A stretch of 64,000 nucleotides of DNA from Escherichia coli. Its GTDB lineage: Bacteria > Bacillota_I > Bacilli_A > RFN20 > CAG-826. The stretch lies in the NCBI GenBank assembly GCA_963630675.1, contig CAVGNR010000009.1, positions 886 through 64,885 of the forward strand. Reading direction: 5' to 3'. Positions 37,964-48,462 of the stretch are shown in pieces. Numbering within the stretch: position 1 is the stretch's first letter; each line of letters opens with the position of its first letter. The position numbers and the translations under genes were made by a program. Under the pieces are notes generated by a model, which worked only from the letters and a program-made list of their open reading frames with translations, had not been told where the DNA came from and searched no databases.

Positions 37964-39629
37964 AAAGTCCCTCATTTTAGATTACATTGTTACGTTTCTT
38001 CTCTCGTTTGCTTTATTGTTGGCTTCCTTTCTAACCACAAAAGGCATTTCTTCGAACAATGCACATAAAGAGCTTTCTTATTACGGAGAGGAAATAAGCA
38101 AAACATATCGAAGTGAAACGGATAAGGATATAACCATTTCTTATTTCTCTAAAATTCAGGACATACGTGTCTCTATTTTTGACTTAGATGCCAACATTCT
38201 TCTTGAAATCAACCAATTAGATAAGAACCCCGCAAAAGAAGACCGTAAAAAAGAATTGGAAAACAATGCGAACTCCTACTATTACAAAGATTCTTTAACC
38301 ATGGGGTACCCTATTCTTTATTTCGTGAAGAAGACGTCTACCTATTACATTCGTGTTGGCCTTCCTCGTTCCGATATAGAAGAAGCGGCAAACCTTGTTC
38401 TGCTATATGGGTCGCTTGCTTTAGTGGTTTTGGATAGTCTTTATTTCGTTTATCGTTATTTCTCTTACAAGAAAGCTTTGAACCAATTACGTAATGAAGT
38501 AAATAAACTCAAAAAGCTCTCCTCTCATCCGGATGAATTAATAGAAGGGGATGGCATTGAAGCAATCGACAAAGGAATTGTAGATGTTTCTCTTAATTTA
38601 AAAGACAAGATGGAATCCCTACGAAGAGAAAACCTCAAAGTGGATTACATCCTCGATTCTATGGAAGAGGGCCTTCTTGTTTTAAACGAAAAAGATCAAG
38701 TTATCCTTATCAATAAGTACGTTTTAAATATCCTTTCATTAGAAAGAGAGAACATCCTCAATAAAGAATTCCATTATTTGATGCTGGGTGAGGAATTTAA
38801 AAATAAAGTTCAAGAGACCAAGCAGAAAGATTCCATATCTTATGATATTGAACGTAAAGGAAGAACGTACGAGCTTCTATTATCTTTGGTTCCCTTAGAT
38901 TGGTTAGGAAAAGAGAAGATCAAAGGGATTGCTGTTATTTTCTTGGATGTAACAGAACAACGGATGAATGAAAAACTAAAGAGAGAATTCTTCCAGAACG
39001 CCTCTCATGAACTAAAAACTCCTCTTACGACAGTTGTTGGTTATAGTGAGCTTTTATCTAATTCCTTAATTAGCGATAAGAAAGAACAGGAAAAAGCCCT
39101 AGCCGTGATTACTTCAGAATCTAAGAGAATGCGTATGGTTATTGACGATATGCTTTCTCTTGCCATCTTAGAAAACGATGAGAAACCAACGTTTTTAACC
39201 CCTTTAAACGCAAAACGAGCAGTAGAGGATGTTGTTTCCTCTTTATCTTTGATTGCCGAAGAAAAGAAAGTTACCATCCAAACCCATTTAGAAGAAGTGA
39301 CGTTGAATATTCTCCCGACGGATTTTGATCGTCTGGTCCGTAACCTGGTTTCAAATGCCATTTTCTATAACCATGAAGGAGGGCATGTTATTTTAAGATT
39401 GGATTCCTCTTCCTTCTCTTGTGAAGATGATGGCATTGGTATTGATGAAAAATATCAGCAAAGAATCTTTGAACGTTTCTTCCGTGTGAATAAAAGCCGT
39501 AGCAGAAAAGATGGTGGAACAGGCCTAGGCTTAGCCATCGTAAAACACATTTGTTTAAATTATCATTACCGAATTCAACTAGAAAGCCATATCCAAGAAG
39601 GAAGCAAGTTCACCATCTATCTTAAATAA
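37956..39629 (+). CDS. phoR: sensor histidine kinase (PhoR-like)
   Basis: Two TM helices, a PAS-like region, an H-box (NASHELKTPLTTVVGYSELL) and an HATPase G-box (GGTGLGLAI). Confidence 0.75.
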   Translation: MNKKSLILDYIVTFLLSFALLLASFLTTKGISSNNAHKELSYYGEEISKTYRSETDKDITISYFSKIQDIRVSIFDLDANILLEINQLDKNPAKEDRKKELENNANSYYYKDSLTMGYPILYFVKKTSTYYIRVGLPRSDIEEAANLVLLYGSLALVVLDSLYFVYRYFSYKKALNQLRNEVNKLKKLSSHPDELIEGDGIEAIDKGIVDVSLNLKDKMESLRRENLKVDYILDSMEEGLLVLNEKDQVILINKYVLNILSLERENILNKEFHYLMLGEEFKNKVQETKQKDSISYDIERKGRTYELLLSLVPLDWLGKEKIKGIAVIFLDVTEQRMNEKLKREFFQNASHELKTPLTTVVGYSELLSNSLISDKKEQEKALAVITSESKRMRMVIDDMLSLAILENDEKPTFLTPLNAKRAVEDVVSSLSLIAEEKKVTIQTHLEEVTLNILPTDFDRLVRNLVSNAIFYNHEGGHVILRLDSSSFSCEDDGIGIDEKYQQRIFERFFRVNKSRSRKDGGTGLGLAIVKHICLNYHYRIQLESHIQEGSKFTIYLK

Positions 39630-39650
39630 AATAACGGAGACATGTATGCG

Positions 39651-40448
39651 TTAACGATCTTTTCTAAGCGCTGCAACAGCTTCGCCCACCAAAGCATCAG
39701 AGAAGAATGAAACGTCTTTTCCTTTCGCGCTTATTTCAAAAAGGAACTCTATATTGCCTTCTTTATTTCCTAGAATAGGAGAGTAAGAAACGCCTAAGAT
39801 ATGTAACGATTTTGTTCTTAAATATTCTTTGAAAAGATTTAAGGCGTCTATGAGGAATTCCTTTTTCCGAACGACCCCGTTTTTATTTAAACGATCAGGA
39901 CCCACTTCAAATTGAGGCTTAAACAATAAAAGAATGGTGAAATCCTCTTTGAAGGAAAGCAAGGTTTCTAAGATGACTCGAACTGAAATAAAAGAAACAT
40001 CGCAGACGTAGTAGTCTATTTTTTCTTCGAAAATAGATGGGGTTACATATCGGAAATTCGTGTTTTCTAGAACAACGACTTTTGGATTATTTCTTAAAGA
40101 TGGATGTAATTGGCTTGTTCCGACATCAATCGCATAGACTTTTTTTGCTCCGTTTTTTAAAGAGCAATCGGTGAACCCTCCAGTAGAAGAGCCGATGTCA
40201 CAAATAACTTTATCTTGGAAATCTACAGCAAAAACCTGAAGGGCTTTTTCAAGTTTATGCCCACCTCTTGAAACGTATTCTAAAACATCATTTTCAAGAA
40301 TTTTTACTTGGTCCGTGTCTTTGATTTCGAATCCGTTTTTGCTGACTGGGCGAGAATTGACCAATACTTTGCCGTTTTTAATAAGCTGCGAAGCTTTGCT
40401 TCTCGTTTCAGCATATTTATTCTCTACGAGAAAAAGATCAAGACGCAT
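39651..40448 (-). CDS. tlyA: TlyA-family rRNA 2'-O-methyltransferase (hemolysin A-like)
   Basis: N-terminal S4 domain (MRLDLFLVENKYAETRSKASQLIKNGKV) plus an FtsJ-type MTase (ICDIGSSTGGFTD). Confidence 0.75.
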   Translation of the reverse strand: MRLDLFLVENKYAETRSKASQLIKNGKVLVNSRPVSKNGFEIKDTDQVKILENDVLEYVSRGGHKLEKALQVFAVDFQDKVICDIGSSTGGFTDCSLKNGAKKVYAIDVGTSQLHPSLRNNPKVVVLENTNFRYVTPSIFEEKIDYYVCDVSFISVRVILETLLSFKEDFTILLLFKPQFEVGPDRLNKNGVVRKKEFLIDALNLFKEYLRTKSLHILGVSYSPILGNKEGNIEFLFEISAKGKDVSFFSDALVGEAVAALRKDR

Positions 40449-40450
40449 GG

Positions 40451-40834
40451 CTATTTCTTTTCTTCTGTATCGGTAGGGGTATTCGCTTTGATTTCTTCTT
40501 TTAAAGCTTCGGATAAAGGTGTCTTATTCCCTAAACCGACGGTATCATCAACCGGCAAAGAGAAAGCGATTCCTTGAGCTGGGGAATTTAAGCCAACGCT
40601 CTTATAAATGGCATGCAAAATAGCATCACGGATATCTTCGTTTACAAGAATAAGAACGATTTCTTTTTCTGGGTGGATGGAAATGCCAAAAGTTGCTTCC
40701 GCTTCTTGGCGGGCAGTGCCACGAGCATTAATTTTCGTTCCTCCTCTTGCACCGGCTTCTCGAGCTGCTTCCATTACAGTATCCGAGAATCCCGAATTGA
40801 CGATGCAAACTACTAATTGAAACTTATCACTCAT
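40451..40834 (-). CDS. P-II-like (GlnB superfamily) protein, DUF1538-associated
   Basis: About 128 aa from MSDKFQLVVCIVNSG with a ferredoxin-like pattern. Overlaps the upstream P-II-like gene by about 8 nt. The ORF-track frame extends to 40924. Confidence 0.55.
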   Translation of the reverse strand: MSDKFQLVVCIVNSGFSDTVMEAAREAGARGGTKINARGTARQEAEATFGISIHPEKEIVLILVNEDIRDAILHAIYKSVGLNSPAQGIAFSLPVDDTVGLGNKTPLSEALKEEIKANTPTDTEEKK

Positions 40835-41294
40835 TTCCTTTGCCCTCCATATTTGCCAAGAATTGATACGAAGCCTTTCCGATGATGCTCGAAAAAGGAA
40901 CGGTAAACGCAATTCCTTGCCCATTTCTTAATTTAAAATATTTGTCTTCGTAAGCGTTGAGTATAGGCTTAACGAATTCTTCTTTTATGACGCTTAAAAT
41001 AACAGCCTTGTCAGTATTACTGTGCAATGCTGCAGCTAATTCTTGAGGAATTGTTCCAGTACCAAAAAGTACCATCTGCATATTTACTTCATATCCTTCA
41101 AGGATGTCTAAGTAGAATTCACATTTGTTTCTCGGAACAATGGTGAAAAGCACCTTCAATTTCTTTGGGGCGGTAAGGGGAGAAGCGTTTTGCTTTGAAG
41201 GAAGACGTTCTTTTAATTCCGCCTTCTTTTCCGCCACTTCGAGTTTCTTCTCTTTGATGGCTTCCTTTAATTTAGTTTTTCTTGTGTTATTCAT
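40827..41294 (-). CDS. P-II-like protein with a Lys/Glu-rich N-terminal extension
   Basis: KLKVLFTIVPRNKCEFYLDILEGYEVN...GQGIAFTVPFSSI core. The paralogous second copy is directly downstream. Confidence 0.55.
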   Translation of the reverse strand: MNNTRKTKLKEAIKEKKLEVAEKKAELKERLPSKQNASPLTAPKKLKVLFTIVPRNKCEFYLDILEGYEVNMQMVLFGTGTIPQELAAALHSNTDKAVILSVIKEEFVKPILNAYEDKYFKLRNGQGIAFTVPFSSIIGKASYQFLANMEGKGNE

Positions 41295-41305
41295 AAAGCT
41301 GCCCT

Positions 41306-42856
41306 CTATTTGAAGATGATAATCTCTTCATCATCTGCACTAAGAACACGTTTGGCTCTTTTACGTTCACGAATCTTATCTTGAATAACAGCTTTAAAGC
41401 CTAGTGCTTGAATGGTGATTAAAGGAGTCATGGCGACCATGGCGACAACTCCGAAAGCATCTTGAAGAATTCTATCAGGTGTTCCGCCTGCCATAGAAAC
41501 GCATGCACCAATTGCCATTGGTAAGATAAAAGAAGAAGTGAGAGGACCGCTAGCAACTCCGCCTGAGTCAAATGCGATAGCGGTATAAACCTTAGGAACG
41601 AAGAAAGATAAAGCCAAAGAAATGAGATAACCAGGCACTAAGTAATAAAGGACAGAGAAATTAAAGACGATACGGATCATGGACAAACCGATGGAGAGGC
41701 CAACACCAAGGCAAAGGGCCAATAACATAGAGCGTTTAGAAACCCCACCCATCGTGACCTCTTCAACCTGCTTTGTTAAAACTTGAATAGCAGGCTCGGC
41801 CAAAACGACAATGAATCCTAATAAGAATCCGATTCCGATTAACCATGGAGCGCCAGCCTTTGCGACCATTTCACCAATCTTATAACCAATTGGCATAAAA
41901 CCGATTGTAGCGGCTGTTAAGAAAACGACTAAGCCCAAAAGGGTGAATGCTAATCCACCGATAATGTGGAAGATTTGTTTCTTTGGAAGTTTGATGAATA
42001 TTGCTTCGATAATAAAGAAACAAACGGTGATAAGGGCTAAGGCTAATCCGACTTCTTTTAAGCTAGCAAGGATCGTCTGACCTAAATAGAGCCACATATT
42101 TTCTGGCATATCATAATTAGGGAGCGGATAAACAAATTCTCCGTTGATTGAAAGACTCATTAGCAAGATAACGAGAATTGGCCCAATCGAACAAAGCGCA
42201 ACCAAACCGAAGGAGTTTTCTTTTGCTTGTCTTCCGCCAACCGTTTGAGCGACGCCTAAGCCTAAAGCCATAATGAAAGGAACGGTAATTGGTCCAGTGG
42301 TCACACCTCCGGAATCAAATGCCAAGCCCATAAACTTCAAACCTTCTGGAGTGGTCATTGCTAAGCAAGCTAAGGCAAAAAGAAGCATATAGAAAAACAT
42401 CAAGATGTAAGAAAGATCGATTTTAAAAATAATTTTTAAGATGGCTAAAACCAAAAAGATGCCAACCCCTAGTCCAACGAGGACAATTAAGACGGTTCCG
42501 TTTAAGACCTCTTTCACCTGATTTGCCAGCACGGAAAGATCAGGTTCAGCGATGGTAATTAAAACACCCATGGCGAAAATAATGATTAATGCTAAGAAAA
42601 TTCTTTTTGAACGAATCAAAGAAGAACCGATTTGTTCACCCATTGGGGACATTGCCATTTCGGCACCCACATTAAATAAAGCGATTCCGATGATTAAAAA
42701 GACAGCCGCAATAGAGAAAACAACAATTTCTTTTGTAGACAAATCTAACAAAGGAGTGAAAAAAAGGATAATGACAATCGCGGTAACTGGGAGTACGGAG
42801 AAACAAGATTCTCTTAATTTATCAAGCAGGTTTTTAAGCATGCAATTATTATACAA
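41306..42856 (-). CDS. DUF1538-family polytopic membrane protein (putative transporter)
   Basis: About 510 aa comprising two homologous roughly 6-TM repeats. Directly upstream of two P-II-like genes. Confidence 0.6.
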   Translation of the reverse strand: MYNNCMLKNLLDKLRESCFSVLPVTAIVIILFFTPLLDLSTKEIVVFSIAAVFLIIGIALFNVGAEMAMSPMGEQIGSSLIRSKRIFLALIIIFAMGVLITIAEPDLSVLANQVKEVLNGTVLIVLVGLGVGIFLVLAILKIIFKIDLSYILMFFYMLLFALACLAMTTPEGLKFMGLAFDSGGVTTGPITVPFIMALGLGVAQTVGGRQAKENSFGLVALCSIGPILVILLMSLSINGEFVYPLPNYDMPENMWLYLGQTILASLKEVGLALALITVCFFIIEAIFIKLPKKQIFHIIGGLAFTLLGLVVFLTAATIGFMPIGYKIGEMVAKAGAPWLIGIGFLLGFIVVLAEPAIQVLTKQVEEVTMGGVSKRSMLLALCLGVGLSIGLSMIRIVFNFSVLYYLVPGYLISLALSFFVPKVYTAIAFDSGGVASGPLTSSFILPMAIGACVSMAGGTPDRILQDAFGVVAMVAMTPLITIQALGFKAVIQDKIRERKRAKRVLSADDEEIIIFK

Positions 42857-43109
42857 AAAATGTTTGTTTTTTTCTTTGAGAATTTTTAAATACTTGTTTT
42901 TATAAACAAAAATTCTGGGTCAACCATATGCTATTTACTTCGCTTAATTTCTAGGAATAGCTCGGATGAGGGAACTCTTCTTAAAAATCGAATTCTTCGT
43001 CAATGGCTTTCTAAATTTTTCTTGTGAACCGCGAGAAATTCAAATGAAAAACACTATCAATTGTAAGCGCTTACTATATATAATATTATTTGTTTTTAGG
43101 AGGCTTATT

Positions 43110-44735
43110 ATGGCCAAATTCATCCAAAGGATGATTGATCGTGGAACTTATGAAGGGGATAAAGTTCCAAGACTCACTAGAATCCTTTTCCCATGGTCCG
43201 GCATTTTCCGTGACGCCTGTTATCAATTGGTTGGCACCTTTTTGACACAGTATGCTCTTGCTTCTGGCGTGCTTGATCAGGGCGAGGCTTTTAACGCTCA
43301 ATATGGCGTTATTACAATCGCTTTGATGCTTGCTCTTATTTGGGATGGCATCAATGATCCAATTATGGGATTTATCATTGAAAAATTCCGTTTCAAATTA
43401 GGAAAGTTTCGTCCTTGGATAGAAATTGGTGCAATTGGTAATACCATTACGGTTTTATTGATGTTCATCATACCATCTCTGGGCTTGGTTCATGGATGGG
43501 GGTATGTCGCCTTCATGATTGTCATGTATTTCCTTTGGGATTTGATGTTTACCATGAATGACATTGGCTATTGGTCCATGTTACCGGCATTAACGAATGA
43601 TCAAAAACAAAGAGCAAAGATTTCCACTTCGGTGACAATTGCTGCTTCAGTTGGAACGTTTTTAGCCTTTGCCGTGCTTACTCTTTCTCCAGGAAACCTT
43701 GGTTCTTATAAAGAAGTTTTCTTATGGGCTTCTATTGGAATGTCGTTGACTTTCTTACTTACTCAAAGCTTGGTTTTCTTCCTTTGTAAGGAAAAGAAGA
43801 GGGATCCTAAACAAGAAGAAGTCTCTGAGAAATCTCATTTCTTAGATTTATTTCGAGTTGTTATTAAGAATAAGGAACTTCGTTCAGCGGCAATTGCAAT
43901 GTTCCTTTATTACGCTGCTTCTGGCCTTTTAACGGGAGTGGGAACAAATTATTACTATTTTGTTTATGGCTATCCAAAAGGTGCGACCATTGCCACGATT
44001 ATTTCTATTTTCTATATAATTGGCACAATTGCGGCACAGGCTTTTTATCCATTATTAGCAAAAAAGATTTCCAAGAAAAACATTTTGTTATTTTCGGTTA
44101 TCATCATTGCCATTTTCTATGGCGCCTTCTTTTTCCTTGGCTTCCCGATGCAAGGTAGATATCCGCTTCTTTCTAACGAAAACGCTTTCGGCTGGCAAAA
44201 TATCTTGCTATATTTCTTTTCTTTCATGTTCTTTGCGGCATCAGGTCTCTTCTATCTCGCTTTGATCGTTATGTTCCAAGACGCTATCGACTATAACGAA
44301 TATGCCTATGGCGAAAGAAAAGAATCCATTTGCTTTGCTTGGAGACCATTAGATGTCAAATTGAGCTCAGGGCTTAATTTAGGTATTCGTTATTTTGCTT
44401 ATTTTGCTGGTGGGTTCTATGGTGTATTCCAATTAATTGGAAATGCAGAGGCAAAAATCAACTCCAATCCAGGAGGAGCAACTCCAGAGATTCGTCAGCA
44501 AGTAAATGAGGAAATTAATGCGTCAATCGATGCTCTTTACGCTGATGGGAAAGCCAATCTCTTGGCATTTGGCATCATCATTATTGGTATAACGGTTGCC
44601 TTGTATTTGGCTTCTTATCTTATTATGAGATATGGCTACCATATCACTGAGGAGGACGAGAAAAAGATGGTGGAAGAGCTTGCTAAACGAAATGAAGCAA
44701 ACATTGCTAAAGAAGAACAAGCAATACTTGCATAA
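43110..44735 (+). CDS. GPH/MFS-family glycoside:cation symporter-like transporter
   Basis: 12-TM architecture with MelB/GPH-like motifs (GINDPIMGFIIEKFR...GKFRPW). Start at ATG 43110 with an AGGAGG RBS. Confidence 0.65.
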   Translation: MAKFIQRMIDRGTYEGDKVPRLTRILFPWSGIFRDACYQLVGTFLTQYALASGVLDQGEAFNAQYGVITIALMLALIWDGINDPIMGFIIEKFRFKLGKFRPWIEIGAIGNTITVLLMFIIPSLGLVHGWGYVAFMIVMYFLWDLMFTMNDIGYWSMLPALTNDQKQRAKISTSVTIAASVGTFLAFAVLTLSPGNLGSYKEVFLWASIGMSLTFLLTQSLVFFLCKEKKRDPKQEEVSEKSHFLDLFRVVIKNKELRSAAIAMFLYYAASGLLTGVGTNYYYFVYGYPKGATIATIISIFYIIGTIAAQAFYPLLAKKISKKNILLFSVIIIAIFYGAFFFLGFPMQGRYPLLSNENAFGWQNILLYFFSFMFFAASGLFYLALIVMFQDAIDYNEYAYGERKESICFAWRPLDVKLSSGLNLGIRYFAYFAGGFYGVFQLIGNAEAKINSNPGGATPEIRQQVNEEINASIDALYADGKANLLAFGIIIIGITVALYLASYLIMRYGYHITEEDEKKMVEELAKRNEANIAKEEQAILA

Positions 44736-44815
44736 AAAATATTTGGGCCGTTTTATCTGTCCTTTTTGAATGCCATCTTTTTTCTGATTGTTTCGTCCGT
44801 TAAAATAAGTGTGCT

Positions 44816-45712
44816 ATGAGATACTTAATGACAAACATTTTTCCAACTTCAGGTCAGAGTTTCCGTTTCGATTGGATCTCTATTATATTCCTTGTAATCG
44901 TTTTGCTTTGTGTAATAAGAGGCATCCGCCAAGGCTTTATGTCCTCTCTTCTTCAATTTGTTGGCCTTGCCATTGTTTTCTTTCTCGCCTATTTATTGGC
45001 CAAACCGATAGGACAATGGCTTCAAGGAATAAACGGGGCGGGCGAAACCGTTCATGAGAAATTTCTTTCCTTTTTAATAGAAAAAGGTTCCCAAAATCCT
45101 GTTACGACGGGAAATGATATCTATGATGCGTTAATTAAAACTCAATACGGATCAGACAACGTGATGGAGTGGGTTGTTAGTGGAAAAGACTTGAATTCTA
45201 CAATTCCCGGAAGCGAATCAACCGTTCTTGAATTGGCCATAGGTGCAGCAGGGGTCCCTTCCTTTTTAGCGGATTTTGTTAAAAACTTTGTGATGAGTGC
45301 TGTTCCTGAGACAGGAGCAACTCAGAACTTGGCTTACTATCTTTCCGCTCCATTAGCTTCCCTTGTTTTTGTCGCGATTGGTTTTATTTTTGTTTTTGTC
45401 ATTGGCTATATCCTTTTGATTATCGTGAAGATTTTTGCCAAGAAATTGAACCATGTGAAAGTGGTTGGCCCGATTAATCGTATACTGGGTGGTGTATTTG
45501 GATTATTTGTTGCCTTCGTTGACCTTTCTTTGATCTCTGGAGGATTGGTCGCTTTAAGCGCAAACGCGAACGTCTATGCGTATTTAGATACTCTCTTGGG
45601 ATTATCTGACGACACAATTTATAGCATAGGAAAAGTCTTCTATAACAACAATTTCATAGAAGTATTAATGGGATATTACAATTCCATCGTTTCTTGGATA
45701 AGTGCTCAATAA
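44816..45712 (+). CDS. CvpA-family membrane protein
   Basis: Four to five TM helices with a CvpA-like N-terminus (ISIIFLVIVLLCVIRGIRQGF). Confidence 0.5.
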   Translation: MRYLMTNIFPTSGQSFRFDWISIIFLVIVLLCVIRGIRQGFMSSLLQFVGLAIVFFLAYLLAKPIGQWLQGINGAGETVHEKFLSFLIEKGSQNPVTTGNDIYDALIKTQYGSDNVMEWVVSGKDLNSTIPGSESTVLELAIGAAGVPSFLADFVKNFVMSAVPETGATQNLAYYLSAPLASLVFVAIGFIFVFVIGYILLIIVKIFAKKLNHVKVVGPINRILGGVFGLFVAFVDLSLISGGLVALSANANVYAYLDTLLGLSDDTIYSIGKVFYNNNFIEVLMGYYNSIVSWISAQ

Positions 45713-45715
45713 TCC

Positions 45716-46657
45716 TTATTGTTTGTATTTAATAAGTTCTTTTTCGATTGCCTTTTGAGCGGCTTTTTCGTTTAATTGGTCGCTTAATTGTCCTAAGAAG
45801 AAACGATATTTTCCAGGCTTCATAGAACAAATATAGGCGACACCGTATGTGTTTGGCCCAGAATGGACGGCGTTTGTGGAATTGGTTTTCGTTTCAACTA
45901 CTTTTTTGAAACCTTTGGCTTTTAATTCGTTAACGATGTCATCAACAGTGCTATCTCTTTCGGAGGTGTATCCAACCAAAGCAAGGGAATAGTCAATTTC
46001 ATCATATCCTTCTAAGATAGAATCAACGTATTTCACACCAAGTTTTTGAATTTTCCCCATTAACTTTTTCAAAACAGAGAAGGTTCCGTCTTTTACCGTT
46101 AAGATTGGGTGAAACTTTAAAAGACCTGCACCAATGGCGGCAGCTTTGGAGATTCTTCCTCCTCTGGCCATAAAGGTGAGATCATCAACAATAAGACTAA
46201 CGTTTGTGCTGTGGCGGTATTGTTCCATGACTTCAATAATTTCTTTCATGGATTTACCTTCTTGAGCCATTTCTTTTGCTTTCAAAGCTTGGAGGGCAAT
46301 ACCCAAAGAAGCGGATTGAGAGTCGAAGGTCGAAACGTTTTTGAATTCTTCTGCTGCAATTGATGCATTTTGGAAACCAGAAGAAAGCTTAGAAGAAATG
46401 GAGAAGTATAGAAGTTCGTCTCCATCCTTACCTTCCTCTTCAAAAAATTTAAGCGCTTCGCCAACATTTACCGCGCTAGAACGGCAGATATCTTTATGTG
46501 TTGCGTTATATTGATACATTTCTTCATTTGGAAATGAACCATCTTTCTTTACATCATTGCCAAATTCAATGCTAAAAGGGACACAATGAATGCCGAGTTC
46601 ATCTTGAACTTTTTTTGATAAGTCCATGGTGCTATCACCAATGATTTTAATACTCAT
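45716..46657 (-). CDS. DegV-family fatty-acid-binding protein (FakB-like)
   Basis: KIIGDSTMDL N-terminal motif and typical length (313 aa). Confidence 0.75.
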   Translation of the reverse strand: MSIKIIGDSTMDLSKKVQDELGIHCVPFSIEFGNDVKKDGSFPNEEMYQYNATHKDICRSSAVNVGEALKFFEEEGKDGDELLYFSISSKLSSGFQNASIAAEEFKNVSTFDSQSASLGIALQALKAKEMAQEGKSMKEIIEVMEQYRHSTNVSLIVDDLTFMARGGRISKAAAIGAGLLKFHPILTVKDGTFSVLKKLMGKIQKLGVKYVDSILEGYDEIDYSLALVGYTSERDSTVDDIVNELKAKGFKKVVETKTNSTNAVHSGPNTYGVAYICSMKPGKYRFFLGQLSDQLNEKAAQKAIEKELIKYKQ

Positions 46658-46758
46658 TCGTTTTCCTCCTTGTTATCGAACTAGTTCATAATACTAGGTA
46701 TTTTTAAAATAGAAAGCAAATTAAATAAAAGTAGAGCTTTCTTTGGTAACAATTTACA

Positions 46759-47664
46759 ATGAGAAATATGGAAGAAAAAGAACTATACATCCCATTTAGA
46801 AACTATCAAACATACGTTAAAATCGTTAATCCGGAAGGAAAAAACCATCCCCTTGTTACTTTGCATGGCGGTCCTGGTTCTACTCATAATTCTTTAGAAT
46901 TGCTTTCTCCTTTAGCAGAGATAGGGGATAGACCCATTATTTTCTATGACCAAATCGGCTGTGGGTTATCGAGTAAGCCTGATAGCCACACAGAACTCTA
47001 CAATAAAGATTTTTGGATAGAGGAACTAGAAAACCTTTTATCTTATTTAGACATTCATGATTTTCATCTTCTTGGACATTCTTGGGGTGGGATGTTAGAA
47101 CAACTATACCTGATTCAAACAAAAAGAAAGGATGTTCTTTCTTTAACTCTCTCTTCTACCTTATCTAGCGCAAAGCTTTGGAGAGAGGAAACCCATATCC
47201 TCATAAAGAAAATGAGCAAAGAGGACCAAGAGATTATTTCTATTGCTGAAAAGGAAAACAACTACACGTCCCCCTCCTTTTTAGCAGCCTTAGATCGTTA
47301 TTTAAAAATGACCGTATCTGATTTTTCTCCTAATGATCCTGCCTTACCAGAATGCCTTAGACGAAAAAAGATAAGGGGAGATGTCGCTTATCTTACTGCT
47401 TGGGGACCTAGTGAATTTACTCCTTTGGGGAACCTAAAAGACTATGAAACGACCTCTTTTTTAAAAAACATTAAAACGCCTGCTTTAGTTTGTTATGGTT
47501 CATTAGATGAATCAACTAAGAAACAAAATCAATTGATGTATCTTTCTTTGGGTTCAAGTAAAAAGAAAATCCTCGAATTTTCAAATGCAAGACATATGAC
47601 TTACTTCGAAAGAAACGAGGAATATCTTAAAGAAATAGAGGAATGGCTATCTTCTAACGATTAG
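46759..47664 (+). CDS. alpha/beta-hydrolase, proline iminopeptidase-like
   Basis: HGGPGS oxyanion region and GHSWGG nucleophile elbow. Confidence 0.6.
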   Translation: MRNMEEKELYIPFRNYQTYVKIVNPEGKNHPLVTLHGGPGSTHNSLELLSPLAEIGDRPIIFYDQIGCGLSSKPDSHTELYNKDFWIEELENLLSYLDIHDFHLLGHSWGGMLEQLYLIQTKRKDVLSLTLSSTLSSAKLWREETHILIKKMSKEDQEIISIAEKENNYTSPSFLAALDRYLKMTVSDFSPNDPALPECLRRKKIRGDVAYLTAWGPSEFTPLGNLKDYETTSFLKNIKTPALVCYGSLDESTKKQNQLMYLSLGSSKKKILEFSNARHMTYFERNEEYLKEIEEWLSSND

Positions 47665-48194
47665 TTGTTAGGGAATTTTTCGTTATAACGTTCAATTGCT
47701 TCTTTAATAACTTGTTTTGCACATTCTTTGTCTTTTAAACCAGGCACACGAGTTTGCTTTCCTTCGAGCACTTTATAGGTTTCAAAGAAATAGGCGATTT
47801 CTTGGACAATGTGGTCAGGTAGAGCGTTGATGTCATCATAATCCTTATAGAAAGGATCGTCAGGGCAGATAGCAAGAATCTTTGCGTCACGCAATCCCTG
47901 ATCGACCATATCAATCATTCCGATTGGCTTTCCTCTTACCAAAGTGCTTGGGACGATTGACTCAGATGTAATAAGCAAGACATCCAAAGGGTCATTATCT
48001 TCCGCATAAGTATGTGGAATAAAACCATAGTTATGTGGATATTGAGTTGACGTATAAAGAATACGATCAAGTTTTAATAAACCTGTTTCTTTATCCAATT
48101 CGTATTTGTTCTTGCTGCCTTTAGAAATTTCGATGTAGGCAATGAATTCATCTGGGGTGACTCTTTTTGGGTCAATATCTTTCCATGGGTTCAT
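47661..48194 (-). CDS. ppa: family I inorganic pyrophosphatase
   Basis: 177 aa. Carries the DPLDVL and DxDD-like signature motifs of family I PPases (GKPIGMIDMVDQG). Confidence 0.85.
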   Translation of the reverse strand: MNPWKDIDPKRVTPDEFIAYIEISKGSKNKYELDKETGLLKLDRILYTSTQYPHNYGFIPHTYAEDNDPLDVLLITSESIVPSTLVRGKPIGMIDMVDQGLRDAKILAICPDDPFYKDYDDINALPDHIVQEIAYFFETYKVLEGKQTRVPGLKDKECAKQVIKEAIERYNEKFPNN

Positions 48195-48462
48195 AAAAAT
48201 ACTCCTTAAAAATTACTGGTTGGATATGTCTATATCTTTTAATAAAAATAAGAAAATAGCAACACTCCAGCGGTTGTTTATCTTATGCGTTTTATAAGTT
48301 GTCATAAATAAAATTTAGAATGTAACCGGTTATATGTAATAAAAGAAAGTTAGTTAATGGCTACTAAAAGATAAAAATGCAAGAATAAAAAATTTTTTTG
48401 CAAACCACTTGTCAGTAGTTTTTTAAATAACTAAAATCGGGGCGTAAAGGAGGAAGGATCGT

